Shown here: positions 55,201 through 64,000 of the stretch, piece after piece
How positions within the stretch are numbered: position 1 is the first letter of the stretch
Layout: every line of letters starts with the position of its first letter
Source of the DNA: Pseudonocardiales bacterium
Lineage (GTDB): Bacteria > Actinomycetota > Actinomycetes > Mycobacteriales > Pseudonocardiaceae
DNA: 64,000 bases
Assembly: GCA_019244165.1 (NCBI GenBank)
Contig: JAFATA010000012.1
Span: forward strand, 22,912-86,911
Direction of reading: 5' to 3'
Position numbers and translations under genes: made by a program
The notes under the pieces: model-generated
What the model saw: the letters and a program-made list of their open reading frames with translations, nothing else
Database searches by the model: none
What the model was told of the DNA's origin: nothing

Positions 55201-55629
55201 GCCACCATCATCACACCCACCTCTGACAATTTCGGGTGTTCCCGAGACCCGAAAACAAGATCTTTAGCCGTCGCCCCCCTCAGCGGCGTCGGGATGGATC
55301 GCGGCCACCACCGCCCTGATCATGGGCATACCTCGACAACAGCACAACGCTGACGGTGCCGTCCCCACTCAGCCAGGCGCCCGCCGCTGTGGAAGAGCTG
55401 GTGGCCACGTTGCAGGCGGCGGCGTCGATCGACAACCTGTGGCCGGTCTCGCAGCTGCTGGTTAAGTGGCGGCACACGGCCGAGATCTACGCTGATCCTC
55501 GACTGTACACCGCTGCGACCCGTGTTCTCGGCGAGGACGGCGGTCCGGTCCGGCGCCCGGAAGCGCCGGAAAGCGTGGCGTGAGCCCCAAACGTCGAACT
55601 CGGCGCACGGAGAGCACACACGATCACTG

Positions 55630-56829
55630 CTATCCCACGAAAGGCCATGCAAGGTCCGGATCGACGGGCTGGTCGTAATCAACACCGGGCACGGCGAAGC
55701 CGTACAGCCGGCGCACTTCGTCGCGGAACCAGTCGATGTCGGCGATGGTGGTGATGTTTTCCGGCGTGGCCGCCTGCCACCGGGCAGCCAGCTCCCTCTG
55801 GACGTCACGGGCAAGTTCCCACTGGTCGAGACGGATTTGACCGTGATCGTCGAGTTCCAGTCGCTTGGTGCCGACAAGTTGATCCCACAGCTCCGTGAAC
55901 TGGCCGATGGGAGAATCCATGGCTTCCCCCATGACGCCGCGTAACAGCCCAATATACAGGGCTATGCCGGGGATCGCGGTAGCGGACTGGGTGACGGCGG
56001 CGCCGTTGACCGAGATCAGCGCACGCCCGCCGGGCCCGCTGGCGAGTCGTGCGTTCAGAGTTGTCGCGGTTTTTTCCAGATGTTCTTTCGCAGCGCCAAT
56101 AGTGCCACGCCGGTAGATCGCCGAGGTCACGTCGGATCCGATATAGGACAGGGCGACTGTCTGGAAACCGGGCCGGATGAGGCCGCGCTCCTCCAGAGCA
56201 TCGACCCAGCGAGCCCAGTCCTCCCCGCCCATGACCTTGACGGTCCCCGTGACGTCGTCGTCCTCGGCAGCGGGGACCTCAATTTCCCGCAACAGCGGGG
56301 CGCCGTCGTCGTCAAAGATGAGAGTCTTTGTGCGGTACGCCTGCCCGATCGGCTTGATGACGGATCGGTAGGTGTCTCCGCTCACCGGATCGGCGCGGCG
56401 GGGGGCCGCGACGCTGTAGATCAGGTAGTCAACCGGGCCAAACCGCTGGGCAAGGAGGTCCAGCACCTCGGTCTTGGTCGGGTCGGCAAAACAGTCGGCG
56501 TTGACAAACTCCATGTGCGTACCGACTTTAGCCGCCATACGAGAGGTGGCGATCGTCCGGTACCAGCCAGCGGTGGCCGTTCGTCGAGCGGACCACGATT
56601 TTTCGTAGCACACGCCCACGCCGCAGATACCGTAGCGGGCGAGTCCCACGATCGTTGCGGCCAATCCGTACCCGGCGCTGGAACCGATGATCAGAGCGAC
56701 GGGGTGGTGGTGGGCATCGAGCGGGCGGACCTGCGACCACATCTCCGCGACATTCTCGGCGCATCCGGTGGGGTGGGAGTCGAGCAAGAGAAAGCCCCGG
56801 CCAGTGGGGCTGATAATGCGTGTGGTCAT
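55630..56829 (-). CDS. fabV: trans-2-enoyl-CoA/ACP reductase, FabV/TER family
   Basis: ATG at 56829: MTTRIISPTGRGFLLLDSHPTGCAENV...ALIIGSSAGYGLA...YSVAAPRR...ALSYIG.... The track start is 56898. Confidence 0.85.
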   Translation of the reverse strand: MTTRIISPTGRGFLLLDSHPTGCAENVAEMWSQVRPLDAHHHPVALIIGSSAGYGLAATIVGLARYGICGVGVCYEKSWSARRTATAGWYRTIATSRMAAKVGTHMEFVNADCFADPTKTEVLDLLAQRFGPVDYLIYSVAAPRRADPVSGDTYRSVIKPIGQAYRTKTLIFDDDGAPLLREIEVPAAEDDDVTGTVKVMGGEDWARWVDALEERGLIRPGFQTVALSYIGSDVTSAIYRRGTIGAAKEHLEKTATTLNARLASGPGGRALISVNGAAVTQSATAIPGIALYIGLLRGVMGEAMDSPIGQFTELWDQLVGTKRLELDDHGQIRLDQWELARDVQRELAARWQAATPENITTIADIDWFRDEVRRLYGFAVPGVDYDQPVDPDLAWPFVG

Positions 56830-57006
56830 GAGGAGCCTGTCGGTGTCGGGAACGGGACGTCGAGCCGTGCTGCCGCTGACTTTATCAGGATTGATCACAC
56901 GCGGTTCTTCCCAGCCCAGCAGGGAAACTCGCGCTCAGTCGTGCTGCCGTGATCGGGGTACCGTTCTATCCACCATCAGGAGGGGTAGCAGGCGGGGGAG
57001 GAACAC

Positions 57007-58563
57007 ATGCAGGACAAGGCGCACAGTCTTCGGCGGGAACAGCTCCGGCTCACGGCTGACCTTCGCGGTGCGGGCAAGAGCTGGGTTGAGGTCGCCACGG
57101 TCTTCCGGAGCAGGTATCGGGTGAACGCGCGGGTGGCGTTCCGGCTGGCGCACGCCTGGAGCCAGCGGCACGCCGCCGAGGAGTGGAACCGGCTCTGGCC
57201 GGATGACCCGAAGACGTTCAAAAACTTCTCGTACTGGGAGGTCTGGCCCAGCGCCAGCGGCTATGCACCATCACTGAACGTTCTCAGCAAGCTGGCGCGG
57301 CTCTACGAGTGCAGCATCAGTGACCTCGTGATAGATCTGCCCGGCTTTCGGCACCACGACACAAATAACCTGGCGCTTACCCAACACGTGGAATCATTAC
57401 TTGTCGACCTTTTCAGTCAAGAAAACAGCGACGGTGGTATACTGTCACCGTTGGTTCTGCGACTGGAAGAGCTCGACGTTGTTGATTTAGCGCGGATGAT
57501 TGTCATGTGGACGCAAGGGCTCGGTTCCGGGGTGAACCGCCGCGAGCTGATCTCCAAGCTGAGCGCGGCATTGGCGCTTGCGGGCGTCGCGCCGTGGGGT
57601 GCGCTGGATCCGGAGGAGCGCGACCGGGTCACCCGGGTGGTCCAGGGCACCGTGGGATTCACCGAGCCCGCGCTTCGCTATTGCGAAGCAATGGTGGGTA
57701 CCCTTCGCCAGCAAGACCAGGCACTCGGCCCCCGGCTCGGACTGCAGAGTGCCCTGGGCCATCAGGACGTCGCGCGCCGTCTTGCTCACTCGGCGCCGCC
57801 GGAGCTTCACCAACGTGCACTCTCGGTGTATGCCGAGCTGACCCAGCTCGTCGGCTGGATGTCCTTCAATCTCGGTGACTACCGCAGCGCCCAGCATTAC
57901 TACGACGATGCCCGCAGCGCCGCGCACGACGCCCAGAACCTCGAACTAGTCACCCGTGCCTTGTGTTCGATGAGCTACCTCGCCACCTGCCAAGGAAAGC
58001 CCCGGGTCGGCATTGACCACGCGATCGCCGCTCACTCGTGGGCCGCGCAGACCAGCAACCCGCGAATTGAGGGGTATGCAGCCGAGCGAGCGGCGATAGC
58101 GTTTGCGGTAGACCGGCAGGAGGGTGCCTGCCGAAAGAAGCTGGACGCCGCGCAGGCCGCGATTGCCAGGTTCGGGACTGACGCTGACGACCCTCGGTGG
58201 CACTACTTTTTTAACGAGTCATTTTTCTGGGGGACGGCGAGCGACTGCGCCTTGCGGTTGGGTGATCCCGATCGCGCTCTGGAAACAGCGTCGAAATCGC
58301 TCGCGATCGCGGATCCGGCGGATGTCCACAACCGTGCCTTCAGGATGCTTTTCCACGCTGACGCGTTCACTCAGAAAGGCGAGATCGACGAAGCCAGCCG
58401 GGCTCTCGGCGAGGCGGTCACGCTCACCGCCACCCACACCTCGTCACGCATTCGCCAGCGCATCACCGAACTGCGGATGGCACTGGCACCGTGGCAGGAC
58501 AGCAGGCCGGTCCGCGAACTGGACGACCTCATGGCGGCCTACGCCTATCCCGGGGACTCGTAA
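57007..58563 (+). CDS. HTH-type regulator with a C-terminal TPR-like helical domain
   Basis: The N-terminus is [54 protein letters not shown]. The long helical C-terminus contains TPR-like pairs. Confidence 0.7.
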   Translation: MQDKAHSLRREQLRLTADLRGAGKSWVEVATVFRSRYRVNARVAFRLAHAWSQRHAAEEWNRLWPDDPKTFKNFSYWEVWPSASGYAPSLNVLSKLARLYECSISDLVIDLPGFRHHDTNNLALTQHVESLLVDLFSQENSDGGILSPLVLRLEELDVVDLARMIVMWTQGLGSGVNRRELISKLSAALALAGVAPWGALDPEERDRVTRVVQGTVGFTEPALRYCEAMVGTLRQQDQALGPRLGLQSALGHQDVARRLAHSAPPELHQRALSVYAELTQLVGWMSFNLGDYRSAQHYYDDARSAAHDAQNLELVTRALCSMSYLATCQGKPRVGIDHAIAAHSWAAQTSNPRIEGYAAERAAIAFAVDRQEGACRKKLDAAQAAIARFGTDADDPRWHYFFNESFFWGTASDCALRLGDPDRALETASKSLAIADPADVHNRAFRMLFHADAFTQKGEIDEASRALGEAVTLTATHTSSRIRQRITELRMALAPWQDSRPVRELDDLMAAYAYPGDS

Positions 58564-59156
58564 TCGTTCGTGACGATCACGATCAGGCCCGGACTGGCGT
58601 TCGCGATGCCTGGGAACCGAGGCTCGACCCGCATCCTGAACTGGGTAGCGAGGGCCTCAGCGGCAGCGCGTTGCCCGGTGCCCTCCTGGTAGTACACGGT
58701 GCTCGTCGGGATCGTCCCCCGTGCGTAGTTACCGACCTCACTCACCGTCCACCCCCCGGCAGTCAGCTCCCGCGCGACCCGGGCGGCCAAGCCGCGGATG
58801 GTGCCGTTGTTGTAAACCCGTACCTCAACCCCGCGAAAACTCTCGCTGGAAGCACCGGAGGCGTTCTCACCGGCGGGCGCGCTCGGGGCGGGCTCCGGCG
58901 GGGCGGACGGCGAGACGACCGGCGCGGGGGTGGGGCGCACGGACGCGGGCGGCGGAAAGGGAACCAGGGGGGGTGGTTTCGCCACCGGGCTGCGGGCGGC
59001 ATGAGCCGGGTGTTGTCCGGTGGCCCCGGTCTGCTTGTGGCTCCGGAGGCCGGTGACCACCAGTCCGACCAGCAGGGCGAGCACCGAGAGCACCACCAGC
59101 GTCAAGCCGATGGTTCGCACCCGCCGGCCGGTTCTGGTCCCGTTCGGGGTACACAT
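58545..59156 (-). CDS. membrane-anchored LytR_C domain protein
   Basis: It has an N-terminal TM helix, a Pro-rich linker, and the C-terminal sequence [47 protein letters not shown].... Confidence 0.75.
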   Translation of the reverse strand: MCTPNGTRTGRRVRTIGLTLVVLSVLALLVGLVVTGLRSHKQTGATGQHPAHAARSPVAKPPPLVPFPPPASVRPTPAPVVSPSAPPEPAPSAPAGENASGASSESFRGVEVRVYNNGTIRGLAARVARELTAGGWTVSEVGNYARGTIPTSTVYYQEGTGQRAAAEALATQFRMRVEPRFPGIANASPGLIVIVTNDYESPG

Positions 59157-59168
59157 CAGCGTTCAGCG

Positions 59169-59528
59169 CTACCGTGAGTCGAGGCCGGTCCGGCGAGCGG
59201 CCCGCGCCCGCTGGCGGCCAGAGCGCAGTCGACGCAGTCGCTTGACCAGCATCGGGTCGGCGGCGAGCGCCTCTGGCCGGTCGATCACCCGGTTCAGGGC
59301 CTGGTAGTAGCGTGTGGCAGACATGTCAAATAGTTCCCGGATGGCCTGCTCCTTGGCACCGGCGTACTTCCACCACTGCCGCTCGAAGGCCAGCATCTCG
59401 TGGTCCTGGGAGCTCAGACCCTCGGACTGGTCGTCGATCGGGTGCAGTGCTGGTGCGGTGTCCATTGCGCTCCTCGGTTCACGATCCCGCGCGCGGCGAA
59501 TCACAGGTGTGTGATTCTCAGTCGGCAT
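59169..59528 (-). CDS. DUF3263 domain protein
   Basis: It contains ...[65 protein letters not shown].... An alternative ATG lies at 59465. Confidence 0.7.
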   Translation of the reverse strand: MPTENHTPVIRRARDREPRSAMDTAPALHPIDDQSEGLSSQDHEMLAFERQWWKYAGAKEQAIRELFDMSATRYYQALNRVIDRPEALAADPMLVKRLRRLRSGRQRARAARRTGLDSR

Positions 59529-59617
59529 TGAACCATGCGGTGACCGAGACGGGCTGGGTACCCCCGGGGGGCCTCCCCAGGGCGCGGGGCCGAGGAGACC
59601 ATGATTACTGTTCCGTC

Positions 59618-60184
59618 ATGGCTGTACGCCCGATCCGGATCGTCGGCGACCCGGTGCTGCACACTCCGACCAGGCTCGTCACGGAGTTCGACGAGCAGCT
59701 GCACCCGCTAGTTGCGGACATGTTCGACACGATGGCGGCGGCCCAGGGTGTCGGGCTTGCCGCCAACCAGATCGGCATAGACCTGCGCCTGTTCGTCTAC
59801 GACTGCCCCGATGAGGAGGGCGTGCGGCATCGGGGAGTGGTGGTCAACCCCGTGCTGGAGACCAGTGAGCGACCCGAGACCATGCCCGACCCCGATGACG
59901 ACTGGGAGGGTTGCTTGTCGGTGCCCGGTGAGTCCTTCCCCACCGGGCGGGCCAGCTGGGCGAAGGTCACCGGAGTCGATGCCGACGGCGCACCGGTCAC
60001 CGTCGAGGGCACCGGCACCGTGGCCCGTTGCCTGCAGCACGAGACCGACCACCTCGACGGGACCCTCTACCTCAACCGGCTGGTCGGTCGGTACGCCCGC
60101 GAGGCGAAGAAGATGCTCAAAGCTCAAGGCTGGGGCGTACCCGGGCTGAGCTGGGACCCCGCCGCCAACTTCCCCGACACCTGA
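59618..60184 (+). CDS. def: peptide deformylase
   Basis: ATG at 59618: [17 protein letters not shown].... The motifs are [18 protein letters not shown] and QHETDHLDG. Confidence 0.95.
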   Translation: MAVRPIRIVGDPVLHTPTRLVTEFDEQLHPLVADMFDTMAAAQGVGLAANQIGIDLRLFVYDCPDEEGVRHRGVVVNPVLETSERPETMPDPDDDWEGCLSVPGESFPTGRASWAKVTGVDADGAPVTVEGTGTVARCLQHETDHLDGTLYLNRLVGRYAREAKKMLKAQGWGVPGLSWDPAANFPDT

Positions 60185-60225
60185 GCGCGCGGATTCTTGT
60201 CAGGGGCTTGTGATACACCATCGAG

Positions 60226-63200
60226 GTGCCCCCTGACCTGATCTCTTCACCTGACGAGTTCGGCCAGTTGTTGCGTCGTCTTGCCGATCGCGACCGGGTC
60301 CGCAGCGAGGCCACCGTGCAGGCCGACGTCCGGCAGTTGCTGCTCAGCGGCGATCTCGGTCTCGGGGACCACGATCTGGAGGTGGAGCTCGAATCCCCGT
60401 TAGGAGATCGCCGACGCATCGATGTTGAGGTCGGCTGCACCGTCATCGAAGTCAAGAAGGATCTCCGCAAGGCGAGTGTCATCAAGGTCGTACAGGACCA
60501 ACTGGCCGGCTATGTGGCGATGCGTGCCGCACAGACTGGACAGCGTTACGTCGGTGTCCTCACCGACGGACGGGAGTGGCGCGCGTATCACGAACGCAAC
60601 GGCAAACTCGTCGAGGTCACCCAGCACGTGGTCAACCCGACGAGACCTGATAGCACCGCGTTGCTGTACTGGCTTGAGGGCGTCTTGGCCAGCCGACAAG
60701 GCGTGCCGCCAAGGCCAAGCGAGATCATAGCTCGACTCGGTGCCACCAGTGCTTCCTATGCGCTCGATCGTGCCACGCTGACCGCGCTCTATGCCGACCA
60801 CGGCTCACACGCGACCGTCCGATTCAAGCGGCAGCTCTGGAGCCGGTTGCTGCGCAGCGCTTTGGGAACCCAGTTCACCGACGATGACGAGCTGTTTCTC
60901 GAACATACCCTGCTGGTGAACAGCGCTGAGATCATCGCCCATCTCGTGGTGGGGCTCGATGTCATCGACATGCAGCCCGCCTCCCTGCTCGGCGGGCAAA
61001 GGTTTGACCTCGCAGCCATCTACGGTGTCGTCGAACACGATTTCTTCGACTGGGTGCTCGAGGTTCCGAGCGGCGGCGACTTTGTCCGCACCCTCGCTCG
61101 GCGACTGTCTCGATTCGACTGGACCAATGTCGAACACGACGTGCTGAAGGTTCTCTACGAGTCGATTATCGGATCCGAGACCCGTAAGCAGCTCGGCGAG
61201 TACTACACGCCCGACTGGTTGGCCGAGCAGGTCGTCAGCACTGCAGTCACCGACCCGCTGAACCAGCGAGTACTCGACCCCGCTTGCGGTTCGGGCACGT
61301 TCTTATTCCACGCTGTGCGCGGCTATCTCGATGCCGCAGCCGCTGCTGGCATCTCCCTAGCGCATAGCCTTTCCGGGCTCACCGACCACGTACTCGGAGT
61401 CGATCTCCACCCGGTGGCCGTCACACTGGCCCGCGTCACCTACCTGCTCGCAATCGGCCGAGAACGACTGCTCGCCCCCGATCGAGGGGCCATCACGGTA
61501 CCCGTCTACCTGGGTGACAGCATGCAGTGGAACCAGCGTCGCGACCTGTTTACCGAGGGGCACCTCGTCGTCGCCACCGGCAGAGGAGATCAGCTCTTCG
61601 ACGCCGAGTTTCGCTTTCCCGACCGATTCCTTGCTGATGCGGCCCGCTTCGATCGCCTCGTCAGCGCCCTGGCCGACCACGCCGCCAAGCAGGTTACTCC
61701 TGGACGAAATACAGCACTTCCCGTGGGCCTGCTCCACCGACTCGCGGTCAGCGAGGAGGACCGGCCAGCGGTGGAGGAGAACTACCGTTTGCTGTGTCAG
61801 CTGAATGACGAGGGACGCGATCACGTCTGGAGTTATTATATCCGTAACCTCGCGCGGCCGGCCTGGCTAGCCCGACCTGAGAACCGAGTCGACGTCCTCA
61901 TCGGCAACCCACCGTGGCTGTCGTACCGATACATGACCGAAGATATGCAAGCCATCTTCCGAGAGATGTCCGAGGCACGAGGGCTGTGGCATGGTCGCGA
62001 GGTGGCGACACATCAGGACCTTTCGGCACTGTTCGTTGCGAGAACCACCCAGCAATACCTGACTGACGGCGGCTCCTTCGCCTTCGTGATGCCGAACGCA
62101 GTCCTCGACCGCGGTTACTACGCGGGGTTCCGAACCGGAAACTACCCCGACCAGAAACACCCGATCGCAGTCGAGTTCACCGGCTCCTGGGATCTCCGCC
62201 GACTACGTCCGCACTTCTTCCCACGCGGTGCCGCCGTAGTCTTCGGCAAACGCAGCTCCACCCAGTTCGGCTCACCGTTACCAGCAAGGACGACGCGCTG
62301 GACGGGGCAACTACCGCGCGGCACCGATGCCTGGGACGTGGTCTCGAAGCATGTTTATCGACATAACACTGATCTCTCCGTTCATAACGACACCCTGGCT
62401 GAATCGCCGTACGAACCACGATTCAGCCAGGGTGCGACCATCGTGCCTCGCGTACTATTCATGGTCGACACTCTGGACTCTGGCCCACTCGGGCTCGCCG
62501 CTGGCCGCAAAAATGTCCGATCGGCCCGCAGCAGCACCGAGAAGATGCCCTGGAAAGAGCTGCGCTCACTCGAAGCCGTTGTCGAGGCCGAGTTCATCCG
62601 GCCCATCCTCCTCGGCGAGAGCGTCCTGCCGTTTCGCGTGCTGCCCGCGAAGCACGGGATAATTCCCCTGGAGGGGACCAAGCTCCTCGACGGAGAGCAC
62701 CCTCACCTCGATCGGTATCCCGGTCTTGCCGATTGGTGGCGCAAAGTGGAGCAGCTCTGGTTGTACCACCGGAGCAGCGACCGCCTGACACTGCGCGAGC
62801 AGCTCGATTTCCGCAACAAGTTGACCAACCAGCTACCGACACCACCACTACGGGTAGTCTACGGGGCTTCAGGAATGCATGTAGTAGCCGCGCTGGTGGA
62901 AGATCCGACGGTGATATGCGAACACAGCATATATTGGGGCGCCGTAGCAAGTCCCGCTGAAGGAAATTTTCTCTGCGCTATTTTCAACACACCGTCATTG
63001 ACGAACATTGTGCGGCCGCTTATGTCGTACGGCAAGGATGAGCGCCACATCGACAAACATGTGTGGAAATTGCCGATTCCGCTGTTCGACAGCAACAACC
63101 CAACGCATCGCGAACTGTCGGATCTCGGGGCGAAATGCGCTGATGTCGTTGCTGGCCTTGACCTCGGCAACTCCAGCAACTTCGTTGCCCTGCGCCGCCG

Positions 63201-63276
63201 AGTCCGATCCGCACTCGCCGCAGACCCGACAGCCACCAAGATCAACGAGGTGGTGCTCGATCTTCTTCGCGGGTAA
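60226..63276 (+). CDS. single-polypeptide nuclease-methyltransferase (Type IIG/IIL-like restriction-modification enzyme candidate)
   Basis: 1016 aa. The N-terminal PD-(D/E)xK-like motif is RRIDVEVGCTVIEVKKD (D-x8-E-x-K). The N6-adenine methyltransferase motifs are GEYYTPDW, VLDPACGSGTFLF (motif I) and LIGNPPWLSY (motif IV). A long C-terminal region could be the target-recognition domain. Confidence 0.7.
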   Translation: MPPDLISSPDEFGQLLRRLADRDRVRSEATVQADVRQLLLSGDLGLGDHDLEVELESPLGDRRRIDVEVGCTVIEVKKDLRKASVIKVVQDQLAGYVAMRAAQTGQRYVGVLTDGREWRAYHERNGKLVEVTQHVVNPTRPDSTALLYWLEGVLASRQGVPPRPSEIIARLGATSASYALDRATLTALYADHGSHATVRFKRQLWSRLLRSALGTQFTDDDELFLEHTLLVNSAEIIAHLVVGLDVIDMQPASLLGGQRFDLAAIYGVVEHDFFDWVLEVPSGGDFVRTLARRLSRFDWTNVEHDVLKVLYESIIGSETRKQLGEYYTPDWLAEQVVSTAVTDPLNQRVLDPACGSGTFLFHAVRGYLDAAAAAGISLAHSLSGLTDHVLGVDLHPVAVTLARVTYLLAIGRERLLAPDRGAITVPVYLGDSMQWNQRRDLFTEGHLVVATGRGDQLFDAEFRFPDRFLADAARFDRLVSALADHAAKQVTPGRNTALPVGLLHRLAVSEEDRPAVEENYRLLCQLNDEGRDHVWSYYIRNLARPAWLARPENRVDVLIGNPPWLSYRYMTEDMQAIFREMSEARGLWHGREVATHQDLSALFVARTTQQYLTDGGSFAFVMPNAVLDRGYYAGFRTGNYPDQKHPIAVEFTGSWDLRRLRPHFFPRGAAVVFGKRSSTQFGSPLPARTTRWTGQLPRGTDAWDVVSKHVYRHNTDLSVHNDTLAESPYEPRFSQGATIVPRVLFMVDTLDSGPLGLAAGRKNVRSARSSTEKMPWKELRSLEAVVEAEFIRPILLGESVLPFRVLPAKHGIIPLEGTKLLDGEHPHLDRYPGLADWWRKVEQLWLYHRSSDRLTLREQLDFRNKLTNQLPTPPLRVVYGASGMHVVAALVEDPTVICEHSIYWGAVASPAEGNFLCAIFNTPSLTNIVRPLMSYGKDERHIDKHVWKLPIPLFDSNNPTHRELSDLGAKCADVVAGLDLGNSSNFVALRRRVRSALAADPTATKINEVVLDLLRG

Positions 63277-63321
63277 GCCACGACGTTCACTGAGTGGCCC
63301 GAGGCCTCGCTCGCTAGCCGG

Positions 63322-63710
63322 CTAGGCGTCGACCGCCGCACCGGGTGAATCAACGGGCAGATGGTGTGCCTCGGCAACGCCTGCCAGCCGCTTGTCGTAC
63401 GTGACGATGGCGTGGAGTTCTTCGCCCAGCACCAATGCGGCGGCGAGATGAATCGCGTCCAGCAAACGGAGGGAGCGATCAGGAAGCCGGCTTGCGGACT
63501 CGACGATGCTCGCCGTCATGCCGATCCGGCCCATCCGGGTAAGCAGGAGATCGGCCCGGGGAAGCGCGGCCGGGCCCTTCGCGGTGCACGGCACGGCGTG
63601 TCTCCAGGGTAAGCAGGGTGCTCGACACCAGAGGTGTTCCGGCCCACCGCGCAAGGTACCGAGTGAGGGCATCGCTGTCCGGCTCAGCCCACACAAGCCG
63701 CTGCCGGAAC
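63322..63710 (-). pseudogene. degraded PIN-domain (VapC-like) gene
   Basis: The C-terminal half ...SLRLLDAIHLAAALVLGEELHAIVTYDKRLAGVAEAHHLPVDSPG is in one frame. The N-terminal half ...LVWAEPDSDALTRYLARWAGTPLVSSTLLTLETRRAV is in another. No intact N-terminal Asp motif or antitoxin partner is seen. Confidence 0.5.
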
Positions 63711-63781
63711 ATCGGGTGGGGCGGCGGCGTTGGTTGCAGAGCAACGGTGTAATCCTCGTCAGTCCTGAGGCGGTGGGCGCG

Positions 63782-64000
63782 ATGGACCCCCTGGACTCCT
63801 ACTCGCGGACGGTCAGCTCGGTGGCCGCAGCGGTCACTCCGCACGTCGCCAGCCTGCGGATCGGGCCGGGCGCAGGGTCGGCCGTCGTCTTCGCCGACGA
63901 CGGGTTGCTGCTGACCAACGCGCACGTCATCGGCGGCGCCCCCGGCGGTGTCGCGGCCTTCACCGACGGCACCGAGAGCCGCTTCGACGTGGTGGGTGTT
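63782..64000 (+). CDS. trypsin-like (S1C/HtrA-type) serine protease, N-terminal part; continues past the window end
   Basis: ATG at 63782. The frame is open to the window edge: MDPLDSYSRTVSSVAAAVTPHVASLRIGPGAGSAVVFADDGLLLTNAHVIGG..., with the His context TNAHV. Confidence 0.6.
   Translation, partial: MDPLDSYSRTVSSVAAAVTPHVASLRIGPGAGSAVVFADDGLLLTNAHVIGGAPGGVAAFTDGTESRFDVVGV

Noticed and set aside
55356-55583. 75-aa plus-strand ORF between the HNH gene and fabV (…LLVKWRHTAEIYADPRLY…)
   Set aside because: It looks like a C-terminal fragment of some helical (antitoxin-like) protein. It has no SD sequence, no N-terminal domain and no partner, so it is not callable as a gene from sequence alone.

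Overview
High-GC actinobacterial chromosome segment. All calls come from reading the six-frame translations and the DNA by eye; no searches were run, and family names are recalled from memory.

Core backbone, mostly on the minus strand: alr-nnr-glmS, glmM-rpsI-rplM, a WXG100 (esx) gene pair, mycP, then truA-rplQ-rpoA-rpsD-rpsK-rpsM-rpmJ-infA. As I recall it, this is the gene order around the ESX-4 locus of Mycobacterium. It is followed by molybdenum-cofactor-related genes (xdhC-like, mocA-like, MOSC, moeA), groEL with two CIRCE operators, psd-pssA, a fabV-like reductase and def.

Accessory islands sit between these blocks:
- An NB-ARC/TPR STAND protein, a TauE exporter, a decayed cyanophycin locus, Uma2, XRE/DUF397 sets and a ParE-like toxin-antitoxin (TA) pair occupy the position where the ESX core (ecc) genes would be expected.
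- An apparently more AT-rich three-gene envelope module (coiled-coil protein, 4-TM protein, OmpA-like lipoprotein) lies behind mycP, bracketed by duplicated mycP 3' ends.
- Two ATP-grasp plus PIMT-like-methyltransferase RiPP (graspetide/imiditide-type) clusters are present, plus a third orphan methyltransferase pseudogene.
- A Trypco-like small gene precedes a trypsin-like protease / P-loop STAND / TM / 10x WD40 gene that is split by a frameshift.
- A vapBC cassette and an HNH-DUF222 element are each bracketed by duplicated 3' ends of the neighbouring host gene.
- A 1016-aa single-polypeptide nuclease-methyltransferase (Type IIG-like) follows def.

Other general points:
- Many accessory genes are disrupted by frameshifts, nonsense codons or truncations, while the core genes are intact.
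- Several coding minisatellites occur, in rpoA, rplM and one methyltransferase.
- I recognised no rRNA, tRNA or CRISPR array.
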